DNA of 64,000 nt from the human T2T-CHM13v2.0 reference genome, Homo sapiens (GCF_009914755.1 NC_060943.1); one strand, 5' to 3'. Shown: positions 12,426 through 33,664, numbered from the stretch's first letter. Numbers and translations are program-made. The notes: generated by a model from the sequence alone, not told the origin.

Positions 12426-13547
12426 AGATACAGTGGCATACATACAATCCTTTTGTATAACCAGGGTTATACACCATGACCAAGTAGAATTTATTCTTGG
12501 AATGAAACAATGGTTAAATATTTGAAATCCTAACGTGTAATATATCACATTAAGAGTGAAGGAAAAACCCCACTTGATTATCTCAATTCACGCAAAAAGT
12601 TTCAACCAATTTCAAAAACCATTCATGATTTTTTAAAAAGTCATGCAACAAATTAGGAATTGAAGGAAACTACGTCAACATAATAAAAGTTTTATGTGAA
12701 AAACCCACAGTGGACAGCACACTCGGTGAAAGACTGAAAGCTTTTTCTCCAAGATCAGGAACAAAGGAAGAAGGCCTGCTGTCACCATGTTCATTCAGCA
12801 GAGTACTAAAAGTACTAGCTACAGAAATGTGGCAAAAAAAACAACAACCGGCATCCAAATTGAAGACAATGAAATGAATTTTCTGTGTTTGCAGATGATA
12901 TGATCTAATGTGTAAAAAACCCAAAAGACTCCATAAACAAAAAACAACTAATAAAATGAATTCAGCAGAGTGCCAGGATGGTCAACACACAGACAAAAAA
13001 AAGTTTCATTTCTATACAATTACACTGAAGAACACAAAAAAAAGAGAAAACCATGCCATTCACAATAGCATCAAAAAGAATAAACTTCTTCAAAGTTAAC
13101 CAACAAATTGAAAGACTTGTCCAATGAAAACTACATATCATTCCTGAAAAAAAATTAAAGACATAAACTGAAAGGCATCCCCATGTTCATGGATTGGGAA
13201 ATTTAATATTGTTAATATGTCAATACTATCTAAAGCCATCTACAGATTTCATGTAATCCTTCTGAAATTCTAATGACATTTTTTGTATAAACGGAAAAAT
13301 CTATCCTGAAATTCATATGAAACCTCATGGGATTCCAAGTAGGCAAAACAACCCTAAAAACTAGGAATAAAGCTGGAAAAATCACACTTTCTGATTTCAG
13401 AACTTACTGCAAAATGAGAGTAATCAAAGAGTCCAATATTAATCAATGCATATATAGCCAGATGCTTATCAACAAGGGTGCCAAGATCAGTCAATGGGGA
13501 TATGACAGGGTTCTGAACTGTGCTAGGAAAACTGGGTATCTACATAA

Positions 13548-13888
<341 letters not shown>

Positions 13889-14498
13889 TAATGCCATATA
13901 CAAAATTAGCTTAAAATGGATCCATAAACTAATTGTGAGATCAAATGCTTTCATAGCACTGCATTTGGTAATTTTTTTTGGAGGATACCAAATGTACAGG
14001 CATCAAAAGAAAAAACAGACAAGTTGAAATTCATGAAAAGTAAAAAAGAAGTGTGAATCAAAAGACATCAGTAGATTTAAAGGGAAACCCACAGAATGAA
14101 AGAAAATATTTACAATCATAAACCTGATAAGGGATTAAGATGCTAAATATATAATCTGTAAAATCCAACAATTAAAAGGGTCCAAAAATCTGCCACAGAC
14201 TTCAGAGACTTCACGTCTCTACTAAAAATACAAAAATTATTTCTCCAAAGACATACAGATGGCCAATAAGCATGTAAAAAGATACTCACCACACTAATTA
14301 TTAGGGAAATGCTAATCAAATCTATAAGGAGATACTACTTTATCTCCATTAGAAAGGCTGCCATTAAAAAACAGAAAATAAGAGCTGTTGGTAATGATAT
14401 AGAGAAATGGGAACCCTGAGGCACTATTGCAGGGAATAGAAAAAGGTACAGCCACTGTGAAAAACAGCATGGCAATTCCTTAAAAAATTGAAAATGGA

Positions 14499-14789
14499 GG
14501 CCAGGCGTGGTGGCTCAAGCCTGTAATCCCAACACTTGGGGAGGCTGAGATGGGCGGATCACTTGAAGTCAGGAGTTCAAGACCAGCCTGGCCAACATGG
14601 TGAAACCCCATCTCTACTAACAATACAAAAATTAGCCAGGCGCAGTGGCATGTGCCTGTAATCCCAGAGGGCTGAGACAGGAAAATCACTTGAACCCAGA
14701 AGGCAGAGTTTGCAGTGAGCCAAGATTTGACCACTGCACTCCCAATTGGGGGACAGAGAAAGACTCATCTGTCACAAAAAAAAAAAAAA
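14499..14789 (+). mobile_element. AluS SINE
   Basis: Dimer with poly-A tail. Confidence 0.9.
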
Positions 14790-14886
14790 TTAAAAATAGA
14801 ATTACCATATGATCCAGCAATTCCACATCTAGGTAGACACTCTGGGAAACTGAAAGCAGTTTCAAAGAGATATTTGTACACCCACA

Positions 14887-15594
<708 letters not shown>

Positions 15595-16109
15595 CCATGT
15601 TCATAGCAGCATTATGCACAATAGCTAAAGTAGAGGCACCCCAAGTGTCCCTTAGTCAATAGATACATAAGTAAAATGCAGTAAATACACACAGTGCACA
15701 TTATTCAGCCTTTAAATAGAAGGAAATTCTGACATATGCTGCAACATGGATGTTAAGAATATTATACTAAGGAAATAAGCCTGTTATAAAATAAACACTG
15801 TATTATTCCACTTATATGAGGTACTTACAACAGTCAACATTATAGAAACAGATAGTAGAATGGTGGTTGGCAGGGGTTGGGGGAATGGGGAGTCATTGTT
15901 TAATAGGTATAGAGTTTCAGTTTTGCAAAATGAAGAGTTCTGGAAATAAATGGTGGTGGTGTTTGTTCAACAATATGAATGTCCTTAATAACTCTGAACA
16001 GAAGTGTATGCTTTAAATGGTTATGACACCAAATTTTATGTGTATTTCACAATTTTTAAAAATTAGGAGGAAAATAACCCAGCCAAAATCATGAGCAAAA
16101 GACGTGTAA

Positions 16110-16610
<501 letters not shown>

Positions 16611-16654
16611 TCAAATGCATAAGCTGGTTACCACTTTGAAAATGAGTAGTTGTA

Positions 16655-17029
<375 letters not shown>

Positions 17030-17841
17030 TTATTACTAATTTTCTTATGTGTGATTATATGACACTTTGAGTAAACAGGAAATTGTTTTTGGGGAGATGG
17101 ACTCATGTATTTAGATGTAGAAAATTATATCATCCATAACACTGTCAAATTATATATCAAATGTATAGGGGCAAAAAAATCTAATGTGGCAATATATTAA
17201 TATATATTTTATTTGCTGCAATTTTAAAAACTTTTCTATATATTTAAACTTAAATATATAATTAAATGTATAATAAAAGTGTAAAAATTGCAAACTAGAT
17301 AATATTTGGTTAATTTCTAATGCATTTTGAATTGTGCAAAAGGAATATAAATTATTATTTTCACACTTTTGACATTTTAAAAATTTGTACATCTGAATTT
17401 CATTCCAGGATTAAGTGTGTGATTCACCTTGACATTCGAATGAGACCCTCTCATGGTTTTTACTTGCTTGAGTTTATCCAGAATGAATTCAAATTCAAAA
17501 AGGGATGAGTAATTACATGAAATGCTTCTGAATTCTGTCATTCTTCTGAATTTTATCTCATCAAAATCCACTAACAATTCCACAGAAATGAAAAAAATTA
17601 ACAAAAAATAGCACCCATAATGATATCACAAATGGAAGCTAATATTTATTGAACATAACAGTACATTCTAGATAGTGTTCCATGTTTTTTTCATGTATTA
17701 ACTCATGTAATACAGCAATATACTGTAGGTACTACTATCGCCATTTACATATGATGCCCAGAGGGGATAAGTATTATCCCCAATATCATATTGGCTGTAA
17801 GGAGTTGAACGCTGATGACGATCATTAAGATATGTAGCATG

Positions 17842-18159
<318 letters not shown>

Positions 18160-18219
18160 CTAAAGCCTTTTCCACATCACACAGCTCTGTTTGATGACTT
18201 TTCATCAATTTAACAGTAA

Positions 18220-18678
<459 letters not shown>

Positions 18679-18904
18679 TAAAAATACATTATAAACTATC
18701 TGAATCTGAGTAACATTTGGGTTCAGAGCTAAAAAATGACACATTACTGACATTTTGAAAAGTTCACACCAGTACAAACAAATTGATACCTAATAAGAGC
18801 TTAACCATATCTAAAAGCCTTCCCGTGTAGTCTTTATCCAAATTGTTTCTCAGTGGTATAAATACATTGACACACTGTACATATATACATATACATATAT
18901 ATGG

Positions 18905-20290
<1,386 letters not shown>

Positions 20291-20758
20291 GAGTAAGGAA
20301 AGGGGCATTTTCTTCTTACCTGTCTGAAAATCTTGTTTTTTTAAAGTTAACTGTTGTTGTTTTTTTTAAGTAAGATTGATGTTTTCTCAAAGGTGAGCCT
20401 TGAAATTTGTAAAATTGGAATTATAAGAAAGAGAAACCTACAAAGCACAGACATTAAGAAAACCAGGTAGCAACAGAATTAAGTTCCTTTTATAATAGCA
20501 GACTAATGGACAGGTGGTCTTTTTTATCTTCTGTGATGATACATTATTACACTACCTATCATGTACTTGTTTCTATGGATTATCTTGATTCATCTTCAGA
20601 CCTGTCATGTGTAGTGAGATGAGGAAACAGAGGCACCAAGATGTTGACATCTCACAATGCAGAGCTCAGTATCACTTTCTTAGAGGCTGAGAAGACAGCC
20701 TGTCTCCTTAATTTTACCAGGATACCACTTAATTTATGCATAGATTTTTAAACCTGTC

Positions 20759-20925
20759 TTTTTTTTTTTTTTTTTTTAAGAGACAAGGTCTCGCTCTGTT
20801 GCCTAGGTTGGAGTACAGTGGTGTGAACACTGCTCACTGCAGCCTCGACCTCCTGGGCTCAGCAATCCTCCTGCCTCAGCCTTCCAAAGTGTTGGGATTA
20901 CAAATCTGAACCACCACACCTGGCC
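20759..20925 (-). mobile_element. Short AluJ/FRAM-like element
   Basis: Poly-T, monomer length, TSD TAA(A/G)CCTGTCTT. Confidence 0.8.
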
Positions 20926-21017
20926 TAAGCCTGTCTTCTTTACTGAGTAATTCATCCTTGATACTATTTACCCATCGATTATATAATTTAACATCAATCT
21001 TATTAATAATGGCATAA

Positions 21018-21771
<754 letters not shown>

Positions 21772-22254
21772 TGAATTCGGAGGAAATATTTATAACAGAT
21801 AAAATGGACAAACAGATAATAATTCTAATTTACTGTCTCTCTGGCTTAATAAAATATTAGTCAATACCCTAAGAAGAAAGGAACAAAATAAAAATTAGCC
21901 GTTCACAAATACAAATAGTCAACAAAGAAAGCCAAAACCTACGATCTCTGAAATTGGCTCTTGAATTTATTGAACATGCAATGACTTCAGATTAGGAAAT
22001 TTCAAAAATGTTTTTTAAAGTTTCACTTTTTGGAATTTAAAATTAATCCAAATTATTTAATATTCAACATTTGGAATTTACCAATCAATCCTCTTTCATT
22101 TTATTTTTCACCCTTAGAATAATTCCTTTTTCAAGAGTTTAAAACATTTTTAAAATTAATTGATTCTGCAGGCTGGGCAGTGAGCTGTGATTGCACCACT
22201 GCACTCCAGCCTGAGTGACAGAACGAGACCCTTTCTCCAAAAGATAAATAAATA

Positions 22255-23190
22255 ATTGACTTAATTTTTAGAACAGTTGTAGGTGTACAGAAAAACAGAG
22301 CAGAAGGCAAATTGAGCTCTAATATCCCCCTCACACCATAGTACACACACTTCCTCTATTATCATCTTGTTAGTGTGGTATATTTGTATGCTTGATGAGC
22401 CAATATTAATATTATTAAGTTCATGGCTTATATTAAGATTCACTCTTTGTGTTCTACCATTTATGGACTTTGACAAATGCATGAGGACATATATCCACCA
22501 TTAAAGGGTCACAGAGAAAAGTTTCATTGCCCTAAAAATCCTCTGTGCTCCACCTATTCATCCTTCCCTCTGCTCAAGCCTCTGGCAACCACTGAACTTT
22601 TTATAATACCATCTGCCTAGTTTTGCCTTTTTCTAGTATTTTATATAATTGGAACTATACACTATGTGGCCTTTTCACATTGGCTTCTTTCACTTAGAAA
22701 TACATGTTTAAGATTCCTCCATGTCTTTCCATGCCTTGGTGGTTCATTTCTTTTTATTCCTGAAGAATATTCCATTGTATGATTGTTTCAGAGTTAGTTT
22801 ATGCATTTCCCTATTGTAGGATATCTTGGTTACTTCCAATCTTTGTTGGTTATGTATAAGCTGCTGTAATCATTCATGTGCAGGATTTGAGTGGATCTAA
22901 GTTTTCAACTTATTTGGGTATGTAACAAAGAATGCAATTGCCAGATCATAGGGTAATCATATGCTTAGTTTTGCAGGAATTTGCAAAACTGCCTTCCACA
23001 GTGACTGTACCATTTTGCATTCCCAGCAGCAATCAATGAGAGTTCCTGTTGCTCCATATCCTCACCAGCATTTGGTGGTGTCAGCGTTTGGATTTGAGCC
23101 AGTCTAACAGATGTGTAGTGGTATCTCATCTTTGTTTTAATTTGAATTCCCTAGTGACATATGGTGTTGAGCATCTTTTCAGATGTTTAT
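22255..23190 (-). mobile_element. L1MC-like 3' fragment
   Basis: GCCCTAAAAATCCTCTGTGCTCCACCTATTCATCC and CATTTTGCATTCCCAGCAGCA motifs. Confidence 0.75.
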
Positions 23191-24504
23191 TTTTGCTACC
23201 TATATAGCAAAGGGCAGATACAGATGATGGACTGCGGGGAAAGAGCTTGCTGTGATGATAGGAAGCTGCAGTCAGGGATGATCTCAGGGTTACCTGGGCA
23301 TCAACTGTGCTTTCTCCTGTCACATAAAATGTGGTCTACCTGAGTTTTGATTGGAAACAGAATAATACCTGGTTGTCCATAAATATTTCTGACTGAGGCT
23401 TGAGATTTATGTATGTTTTGACTGAAAGGTCATATAAGCCCAATATATAAACAGGTTGGGGTACAACAGGGAATGACTGTCAGAGATGTTGAGAGTCTAC
23501 ACTGAATGGATGATGTCACTGCCTGCCCATGTCTTTCTCATTATGGACTTTCAGTGTTTATTTGCCACTTGAAAGGCCACTGAGATAGGCTACATCTGAT
23601 TTTTCTCTTGAGGATCTCTATTACTGAGAAATTTCTGTATTCTGGGCCACACTGGGTTCATAATCTGACTATATATATCATGTGTGTGTTTGTTCCTTCC
23701 CTAAAATGCTCAGTTCAGCTGCAGTTCTAGAGGTAGATACTACTATGTTTGTATTTCAGAGAGCTGAAGATCTGAGGTCTGGAGAGGTTAGTGTGTAGAA
23801 AGTTATGTTGAATAAGTGGCAAGGCTATGTGGCCAGGTCAGATAAGCTGCCTTCGGATTTTGCTCTTGAACTTCTACTGGATAATGTCTTTTCATAATAG
23901 AAAAGAGGAGAGTGAACTTAGGTGTTTTGTTCAAAATCATCGACTGTAGGAGTTCTTTCAAGATATGATGAAAAGCAATAATTGTCTCATTTTACATTAC
24001 CTATAATTATTGCTCACCAGAAATTGATTATCGATGCAGCAACCTTTTACATTCCTCTCTGCTTTATTATGCATGGCCGGGCTTCACTGTAACTAAGAGG
24101 GTCCAAGATTCAGAAATATCTTTAACTTGCAATGCTTGGTCACAGGTATCCAACTGAAAAATATTTTGCTCATTAGCCATATGGACACATATGGTAAACT
24201 ACAGCCAGAGACACAAAATAAGAAGAAAGGGCGATCAGAAGTCCTGTGTCTCCTTAAATTTTGTATTTCTATTCAAATGCATCTAGAATCATGAGGAAGT
24301 TGAGGAAATGGGAAATGCAAAGTCCTAATCAAAGCATTCCCGCATTTCAGTTATCTGCATTATTGCACATTTACATTTATAATGCATACATAAAATTCAA
24401 TTCAATAGGTATAAAAATGTTAAGTAACCTTTTCTCTCATGCACTCCAGTCATTCAGTAGCTCACTTGAGAGTCAATATTTTAATTTTGTTTTGAATCCT
24501 TTAA

Positions 24505-24792
24505 TTTTTTTTCTTTTTCTTTTTCTTTTTTTTCTTTTACTTTTTTTTTTTGAATCAAAGTCTCGGCCTGTCACCCAGGCTGGAGTGCAATGGCACGATC
24601 TCAGCTCTCTGCAACCTCAGCCTCCCAGATTCAAGTAGCTGGGATTACAGGCATGTGCCACCACACCTGGCTAATTTTTTGTATCTTTAGTAGAGACGGG
24701 GTTTCATCATGTTGGCCAGGCCTGATGTCGTGATCCACCCGCCTTGGCCTCCCAAAGTGCTGGGATTACCGGCATGAGCCACGCGCCTGGCC
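24505..24792 (-). mobile_element. AluS SINE with internal deletions
   Basis: Alu consensus in reverse. Confidence 0.85.
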
Positions 24793-24794
24793 AA

Positions 24795-25610
<816 letters not shown>

Positions 25611-25879
25611 CACAGAAGTTATTTTCATATACAAGTATGCAGGTGCCATACACACACAAATATGTATGTATATATCATACTCACATACAATTTCAAATAC
25701 ATCTATGTGTTACATGCATATATAAGTATTTCTGTATTTTCACAGAAATGTCACTCTAAATCAGTACCTAGGGAGGGTCATCGTTTTCTTGAGCTACAAA
25801 GCAAGACACAGTATGAGTGGCTGCACCCTAGTTTAATAAGTCCTCTAAGTCATATTGAGGATTTTTCCTGTTTTCTTTC

Positions 25880-26143
25880 GTTGTTGTTGTTTTATTTTGC
25901 TGTGTTTTGAGACTGAGTTTCACTCTTTTGAGTGAAGTGGCATGATCTTGGCTCACTGTAGCCTCCCAAGTAGCTGGGATTATAGGTGCCCCCCCACCAC
26001 GCCCGGCTAATTTTTGTATTTTTAGTAGAAACGGGGTTTTGCCATGTTGGCCAGGCTGGTCTCAACTCCTGACCTCAGGTGATCCACCCACCTTGGCCTC
26101 CCAAAGTGCTGAGATTACAGGCGTGAGCCACCATGCTTGGCTG
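25880..26143 (-). mobile_element. Partial AluS
   Basis: Alu consensus with right-arm deletion. Confidence 0.85.
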
Positions 26144-26489
26144 CTTTCACCATTTCAGACTGAGCTTAGAGAAGAACCTGAGGAAAAACATGACTTCATA
26201 ATTTGATGAATGGAGAAATCTCTTTCCATTCACCCTCCTTTGCTCTATTTCATTCTTATTGTGAAATTTGCAAACAAAGATGTGGATACATTGGTTATTA
26301 AATAAACATCTGTGTGATACCTATCCAGGTGAAGAAATAGAGCACGACCAACACCAAGAAGTCCTCTGTATGCCCCTAACTGATCCTAAAGTCTTCCTTC
26401 CCCTTATTAGTAACAGATATACAGATATCCACATTACCTGTGGATATCTGCCATCCTCTCCTTGCTTCTCTTTGTAATTTTATTATGCA

Positions 26490-26731
26490 TTTTCTTTTCT
26501 TTATTTTTTTGGACACGGAGTCTCGCTCTGTCGCCCAGGCTGGAGTGTAGTGGCATGATCTCGGCTCACGGCAACCTCCGCCTCCTGGGTTCAAGTGATT
26601 CTCTTGCCTCAGCCTCCCGAGTAGCTGGGATTACAGGTACAGGCCACGTGCCACCACACCTGGATAATTTTTGTATTTTTAGTAGAGACAGGGTTTTGCA
26701 TGTTGGCCAGGCTAGTCTCAAACTCCTGACC
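26490..26731 (-). mobile_element. 5'-truncated AluS
   Basis: Alu consensus in reverse. Confidence 0.85.
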
Positions 26732-26909
26732 CCAAAACCTGGCTTTATTATGTATTTTTTATGTGCCTAAAGTCTGATTTTGCCCGGTTTTTCTCTTACA
26801 TAATTGGAGTAATAGTTTGTATCCTACTGCATCTGGCTTCTTTTACTCAATATTAAGTATTTAAGATTCACACTTAGCTTTGTTTCTGCATTCTATTAAA
26901 ACGGTACAC

Positions 26910-27757
26910 CAGCCAGGCGTGGTGGCTTACACCTATGATCCCAGCACTTTGGAAGGCCGAGGCAGGCAGATCACTTGAGGTCAGCCTCAGGAGTTCCAGA
27001 CCAGCCGGGCCAACATGGTGAAACCCCGTCTCTACTAAAAATACAAAAATTAGACCGTGCGGTGGCTAACGCCTGTAATCCCAATGCTTTGGGAGGCCAA
27101 GGCAGGCAGATCACGGGGTCAGAAGATTGAGACCATCCTGGCAAACATGGTGAAACCCTATCTTTACTAAAAATACAATTAGCCTGGCGTGGTGGCATGT
27201 GCCTGTAGTCCCAGCTACTGGGAGGCTGAGGCAGGAAAACCACTTGAAGGCAGAGGTTGCAGTGAGCCGAGATTGCGCCACTGCACTCCAACCTGGTGAC
27301 AGAGCAAGACTCTGTTAAAAAAAAAAAACCCAAAAAACTAAAATTAGCCAGGCGTGGTTGTGCGCACCTGTAATCCCAGGTACTTCGGAGGCTGAGGCAT
27401 GAGAATCACTTGAACCTGGGAGGTGGAGGTTGCAGTGAGCCAAGATCGCGCTCTGCACTCCAGCCTGCGCAGCAGAGTGAGACTCGGTCTTTAAGAAAAA
27501 AAAAAAAAAAAAAGGCTGGGTGCGGTGGCTAACGCCAGTAATCCCACAGTTTGGGAGGCCAAGGCTGGTGGATCACCAGAGGTCAGGAGTTCGAGACAAG
27601 CCTTACCAACAAGGTTAAACCCCGTCTCTACTAAAAATACAACAATTTGCCAGGAGTGGTGGCACGTGCCTGTAATCCCAGCTACTTGGGAGGCTGAGGC
27701 AGGAGAATTGCTTGAACCCAGGAGGCAGAGTTTGCAGTGAGTGGAGATAGCACCACT
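26910..27757 (+). mobile_element. Nested/tandem Alu cluster (three copies)
   Basis: Host Alu split at its A-rich linker by a second Alu (~27053-27327); third, 3'-truncated Alu at ~27514-27757. Confidence 0.85.
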
Positions 27758-28149
27758 GCTTGCCCAGATCAAGAGTTACCAATACCAAGACATAAAACTG
27801 CACAGAGATTGGACCTAGAGCAGCAGGAGGTGGTATATAAATCACAGATACTAGAGGAAATTGAAAGAGGGAGCAGAAAAATGATTCATCTGTATCAGGT
27901 GTGGTCGGCAAGTTGTAGGATGTAGAATGTAGCTGGTGGATATAGGAAGAGAATTAGAAAAAATTAATGCTCATTCAAGTTTATTTTATGAACTAGCCAA
28001 AATGTCACATATGGATATTCACAGTAGGTAGAAAGATCAGAGCAGAAGTAGCACTTTTGGCACATAGTTATTGGGATTGAGGGAGACTTCATTTTAGCTG
28101 TAATTTTAAAATAGATTTGGTTACTTTTAATTAATCTTTCTAAAGCTTT

Positions 28150-29535
<1,386 letters not shown>

Positions 29536-30010
29536 CAGCTTTTAGTTTACAGTTATAAATATATCATGTCTCTCCTGCCTCATATGTACCACTGGACAAG
29601 GTCCCTTTTATGTGCTCAGATTCTGTTAGAGGTAAATGTATTTTGAAGTGGAGAACAAAGATAATTGCAAAATTGGCATGGAGAACTAAAGTAATTATGA
29701 AAGTTCCAGATACAAAGAGAGTGGGCTCAATATGCCAGCAGTTCTCTACCAATCCATCCTAGAAGCTTTCTTTTAGGATTGCCTAAATAATGCAGGGGAT
29801 GGGTGCAAGACACACAAGTGTTCTAGAAGCATGTAAACAAGGTACAGAGAAGAGGATAAGATAAAATAAGATGAGATAAGAATATTAGGAAAGCCTTGTT
29901 CAGAAGATTGCCTACAGAGGCAAAAGGGACAGTTTCACTTTGCTGAGGGAAATAGGGTAGTAAGAACCCTGGTGAGGAAGACCCTCGCTTACCCTGATAC
30001 AGAGAGAAGG

Positions 30011-30355
30011 TGTAAAATAACTTAATGGGAGACCATTAGGCTGCGATAGTTCCCATGGCTGGGTTCCTACATAGACAAAATGAAACAAGCTTCACCCATC
30101 ACAAGTGGCCAGCTGAATATTAGCTGTGTAATGAGTGGCCTTCCACCAGGATAGTTCAAATAATGCAACTGCCCAAATTTTCGCCAATCAAATAATTTAT
30201 CTACTCTACTTCTACATCCACCCTATAAAAGCCTTCCCTGCAAATGCCTCCAGTGGATCCTCCAACCACTTTCAGTTTGGAGCTGCCTGATCCATGAATC
30301 TCTGTTTGCTCAAATAAACTCTTTAAAATTTTAATATGCTCAAGTTTATATTTTT
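30011..30355 (+). mobile_element. MER93-like LTR
   Basis: TGTAAAATAA..AATGGGAGACCATTAGGCTG start; TTTGCTCAAATAAACTCT near end. Family from recall. Confidence 0.55.
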
Positions 30356-30356
30356 T

Positions 30357-30488
30357 TTCCATTTTAAAAATTGAGATGGGATCTTCCTATGTTGCCCAGG
30401 CTAGTCTTGAACTCCTGAGCTCAGGCAATCTGCCCATCTTGCCCTCCCAAAATGCTGGGATTACAGGCGTTGGCCACCACGCCTGGCC
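30357..30488 (-). mobile_element. FLAM/Alu monomer
   Basis: Left-arm consensus in reverse. Confidence 0.8.
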
Positions 30489-31099
30489 ACAAAAAGTCTG
30501 CGTGTATGGTAGCTTCAAAACCCATTTGTAAATAGGTGTTTTCATAACAAGATGAAAACAAGAAAACATTGAACTTCATATAATAGAAGGGTTCTGCCTG
30601 GATTTGCATGTGGGCCCCATCATTTGTTTGCTGTTGGGCCATGGTCAGGTTACTTCCTCCACATAGGGTTTAAGCCTGTGCATCCTTCATCTACAAAATG
30701 GGAATATTAAGAATATCTAACAATTAGAAGTGGAGAAAACATATGTAAGGGCCTTTGACAAGAGCTTGTCAAAGCTCAATAATTGCCCTTAATAATTGTT
30801 AGCTATCATTCAATAATAATCATAATCATAAAAATATATGACTCAAAGAAAGATTCCTACTTCATATCTGGCTTCTCAAAAGAATATCAGAAATTGGACC
30901 TGTGAAAGGAATGACACTGAGATGTATTTTCACATTGCTAAGTTGGTTTTTTCTCTTTGCCATTTAATTTCTGTAGTCCCCACTCTAAGCCCATGGTTCA
31001 CCATTTTATTCTTCCTCCTAAAATTTCTTCCCCTCTGGTAAGATTATCTTTGCCTTAACAAGGGCCCTTTTCATCCACCCACTCCCTTACCCTTCCCAG

Positions 31100-31380
31100 A
31101 AGTGGTTAATGGGCACAAAAATACAGTTAGATGGAAAGAAAAGAACTTCTAGTGTTCAATAGCACAGTAGCATGACGATCGTTAACAATAACTTACCATG
31201 TATTTCAAAATGGTTAGAAGAAAGATTTGGAATGTTCCCAACACAAATAATTGATAAATGTTTGAGGTTATGGATATGCAAATTATCCTGATTTGATCAC
31301 TACATATTGTATGCATGTATCAAAATATCACATGTACCCTAGAAATATGTATAATTGTCATGTATCAATAAAAACAAAAA
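31100..31380 (+). mobile_element. L1MA 3' end fragment
   Basis: TTTGGAATGTTCCCAACAC, GTATCAAAATATCACATGTACCC, ends AATAAAAAC. Confidence 0.75.
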
Positions 31381-32399
31381 GGGCCTATTTCTCTTTGCCT
31401 TCCTCCCCGAATTCCCTCCTGTCCCAGATATGTGTTGTTCCTGGTGCTCTCCTGCCCCCCGTTCATTCAGCACTGAGCCAGCAGGAAGGATCTCACAGGT
31501 CATATCCTGAGATCCAGCCCTCCACCCCTTCAGGTAATAATCCTCCTGCTTTTGGTCATTCGTATCCTTTGGTTCATAGATATTTTGAGTCTAGTGCCTT
31601 CTAATTGCTGACCTAAATAATAACCCTTGGTTTTTAAAGATAATACAAAGTGGATTTCAGTAACAATCTTGAGTCTTCACAGAAGCTAATGAAGTCAGGG
31701 ATTCCATGAAGCCATCCAAGCATATAGAGCTCATTTCCCTGGGTCCCTTTTCCTTAGCTCAAGGCCACACAAAATCAGAACATGAATTCCAGCCCACATT
31801 TGCATTATGTCGAAATAATTATGAGTTACAAATGAAGCTAACAAATAGCTAAATATGTTCTATTCATCTACTTTGATAAATATACCGCCATAATAACCCA
31901 CAAGGTCAAAGTTGAGTGTAGAATTCTCAGATTCTTTGGTGCTCTGCACGAGAATGTGGTAGCAGAAGGAGAGCCAATCCTCAGCCCCAGGCCAAACTTT
32001 TCCCTTTCATCGTAGGTAGCCCTGTCCTCACTTGAGAAGCCTTGCGTACACCCGTGTGGGGGACTCCCTAGGCCCCATGCAAGCTCCATCCACATTTCTC
32101 ACCCCTTCAGACAGCAGAGTCTTGGGCACCATTTGGACAAGCAGAGTTTGCGCTTTGAAATAAACCCAGGGGAGAGGCCATGCAGGCTCAGGCACATTTG
32201 GCCAGGTGTCTGAGTGCCCAGAGTATGGCCTAGAAGAGAACGTGAGAGCTCTGGGTGGGCCGGGGTACAGTCAGTGGAGGGCCAGAGAGGCACCTTCTCA
32301 AGCGCAGGATTCAGGGCAGGGGTCCTCTTGCCGAGATGGATGGCTACGATTGCTCAGTGCAATGGCGCCTGCGTCATGTCTTCTCAGCGCATCTTTCAC

Positions 32400-33041
32400 T
32401 CAGTCTCAGCCACCATGGGGAGTTCCATGGAAGCGCAGGCTTCCCCTGTGCTGCCAGTAAACTCAAGCTACACTTTCTGCCCCAGGGCATCTCCATTATT
32501 TTGGAGATTATAGGATTTTGGCTGAGCACAAACACACAGCCCAGAAACACTTGCAGGTTAACAGCCTCAGGGGAAGATCTCAACCAGTGTGGGACAGGTG
32601 GGCAAATGCTCCAGGCTCCTGTTTCAGGTGGACAGTTCGGGAAGACTTTCCGGAGACTCTCAGAAGGTTCTGGCAGAAAAGAAGTCCATGGCAGCAGCCT
32701 CAATAGCATGCCTCAATAGCAGGCCTCAGGTGATCCGTCCACCTTGGCCTCCCAAAGTGCTGGGATTACAGACGTGAGCTATCATGCCCAGCAACATAAC
32801 ATTTATATGCACAGGAAAGCAAAAAATGTCGTGTGACTAGCTCTATTGCGATATTCGCCTTGTTGTGGTGACCTAGAACCAAACCTGTAATATCTCCAAG
32901 GTATGCCTGTACCCCTAAAAGAAGAGCTGGAGTAAGGACCTGGGTGTGGGTGGTTTATTTGGGAAGTGATCCCAAGAAGCAAGAGTGAGAAGTGGGGAGA
33001 GTGAGCCAGGTGAGAAAGAAAAGCCAAAATGATGGCATTGT
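32400..33041. mobile_element. LTR33/LTR16-like ERVL LTR whose 3' end (32911-33041) is inverted
   Basis: TTTATTTGGGAAGTGATCCCAAGAAGC piece continues in opposite orientation into the sequence left of 32720. Confidence 0.55.
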
Positions 33042-33664
33042 TTGAACCCCGGAGGCAGAGGTTTCAGTGAGCCGAGATCATGCCACTGCACTCCAACCTG
33101 GGTGACAGAGCGAGACTCCGTCTCAAAAAAAAAAAAGTTGTGTTTACACTATTGTAGTCAATTAAGTATGCAATAGCGTTATGTTTAAAATATAATGTAC
33201 ATACCTTACTTTGAAAATACTTGATTGCCAAAAAATGCTAACCATCATCTGGTCCTTCATCAAGTCGTAATCATTTTGCTGGTGCATGGTCTTGCTTCAG
33301 TGTTGATGGCTACTGACTTATTGGGGTGGTGGTTGCTGAAGGCTGGAGTGGGTGTGGCAATTCCTTAAAATAAGATGACAATGTAGTTTGCTGCATTGAT
33401 TGACTCTTCCTTTCACCAAAGATTTCACTGTAGCATGCTGTGCAGTTTGATAGCATCTTACCCACGGTAGAATTTTTATCAGAATTGGAATCAGTCCTCT
33501 CAAACCCTGCTCTATCAACTAAGTTTATGGAATATTGTAAGTCCTTTGTTGTTCTTTCAACAATGTTGACAGCATCTTCACCAGGAGTAGATTCCATCTC
33601 AAGAAACCACTTCTTTGCTCATTCATAATAAGCAACTCCTCATCCATTAAGATTGCAGCTATTT

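Noticed and set aside
23200-24250. Unique sequence that might be exons of a named SST1-adjacent lncRNA or micropeptide gene
   Set aside because: Cannot establish exon boundaries or identity from sequence alone; no gene symbol or chromosome assigned.
30855-30895. Possible KRAB-B exon (SFEKPDM on - strand)
   Set aside because: Too short, no flanking KRAB motif or convincing splice sites.
31868-32777. Cluster of ORFs up to 154 aa suggesting a processed pseudogene
   Set aside because: No recognisable protein in any frame; the right part matches an ERVL LTR whose end was inverted.
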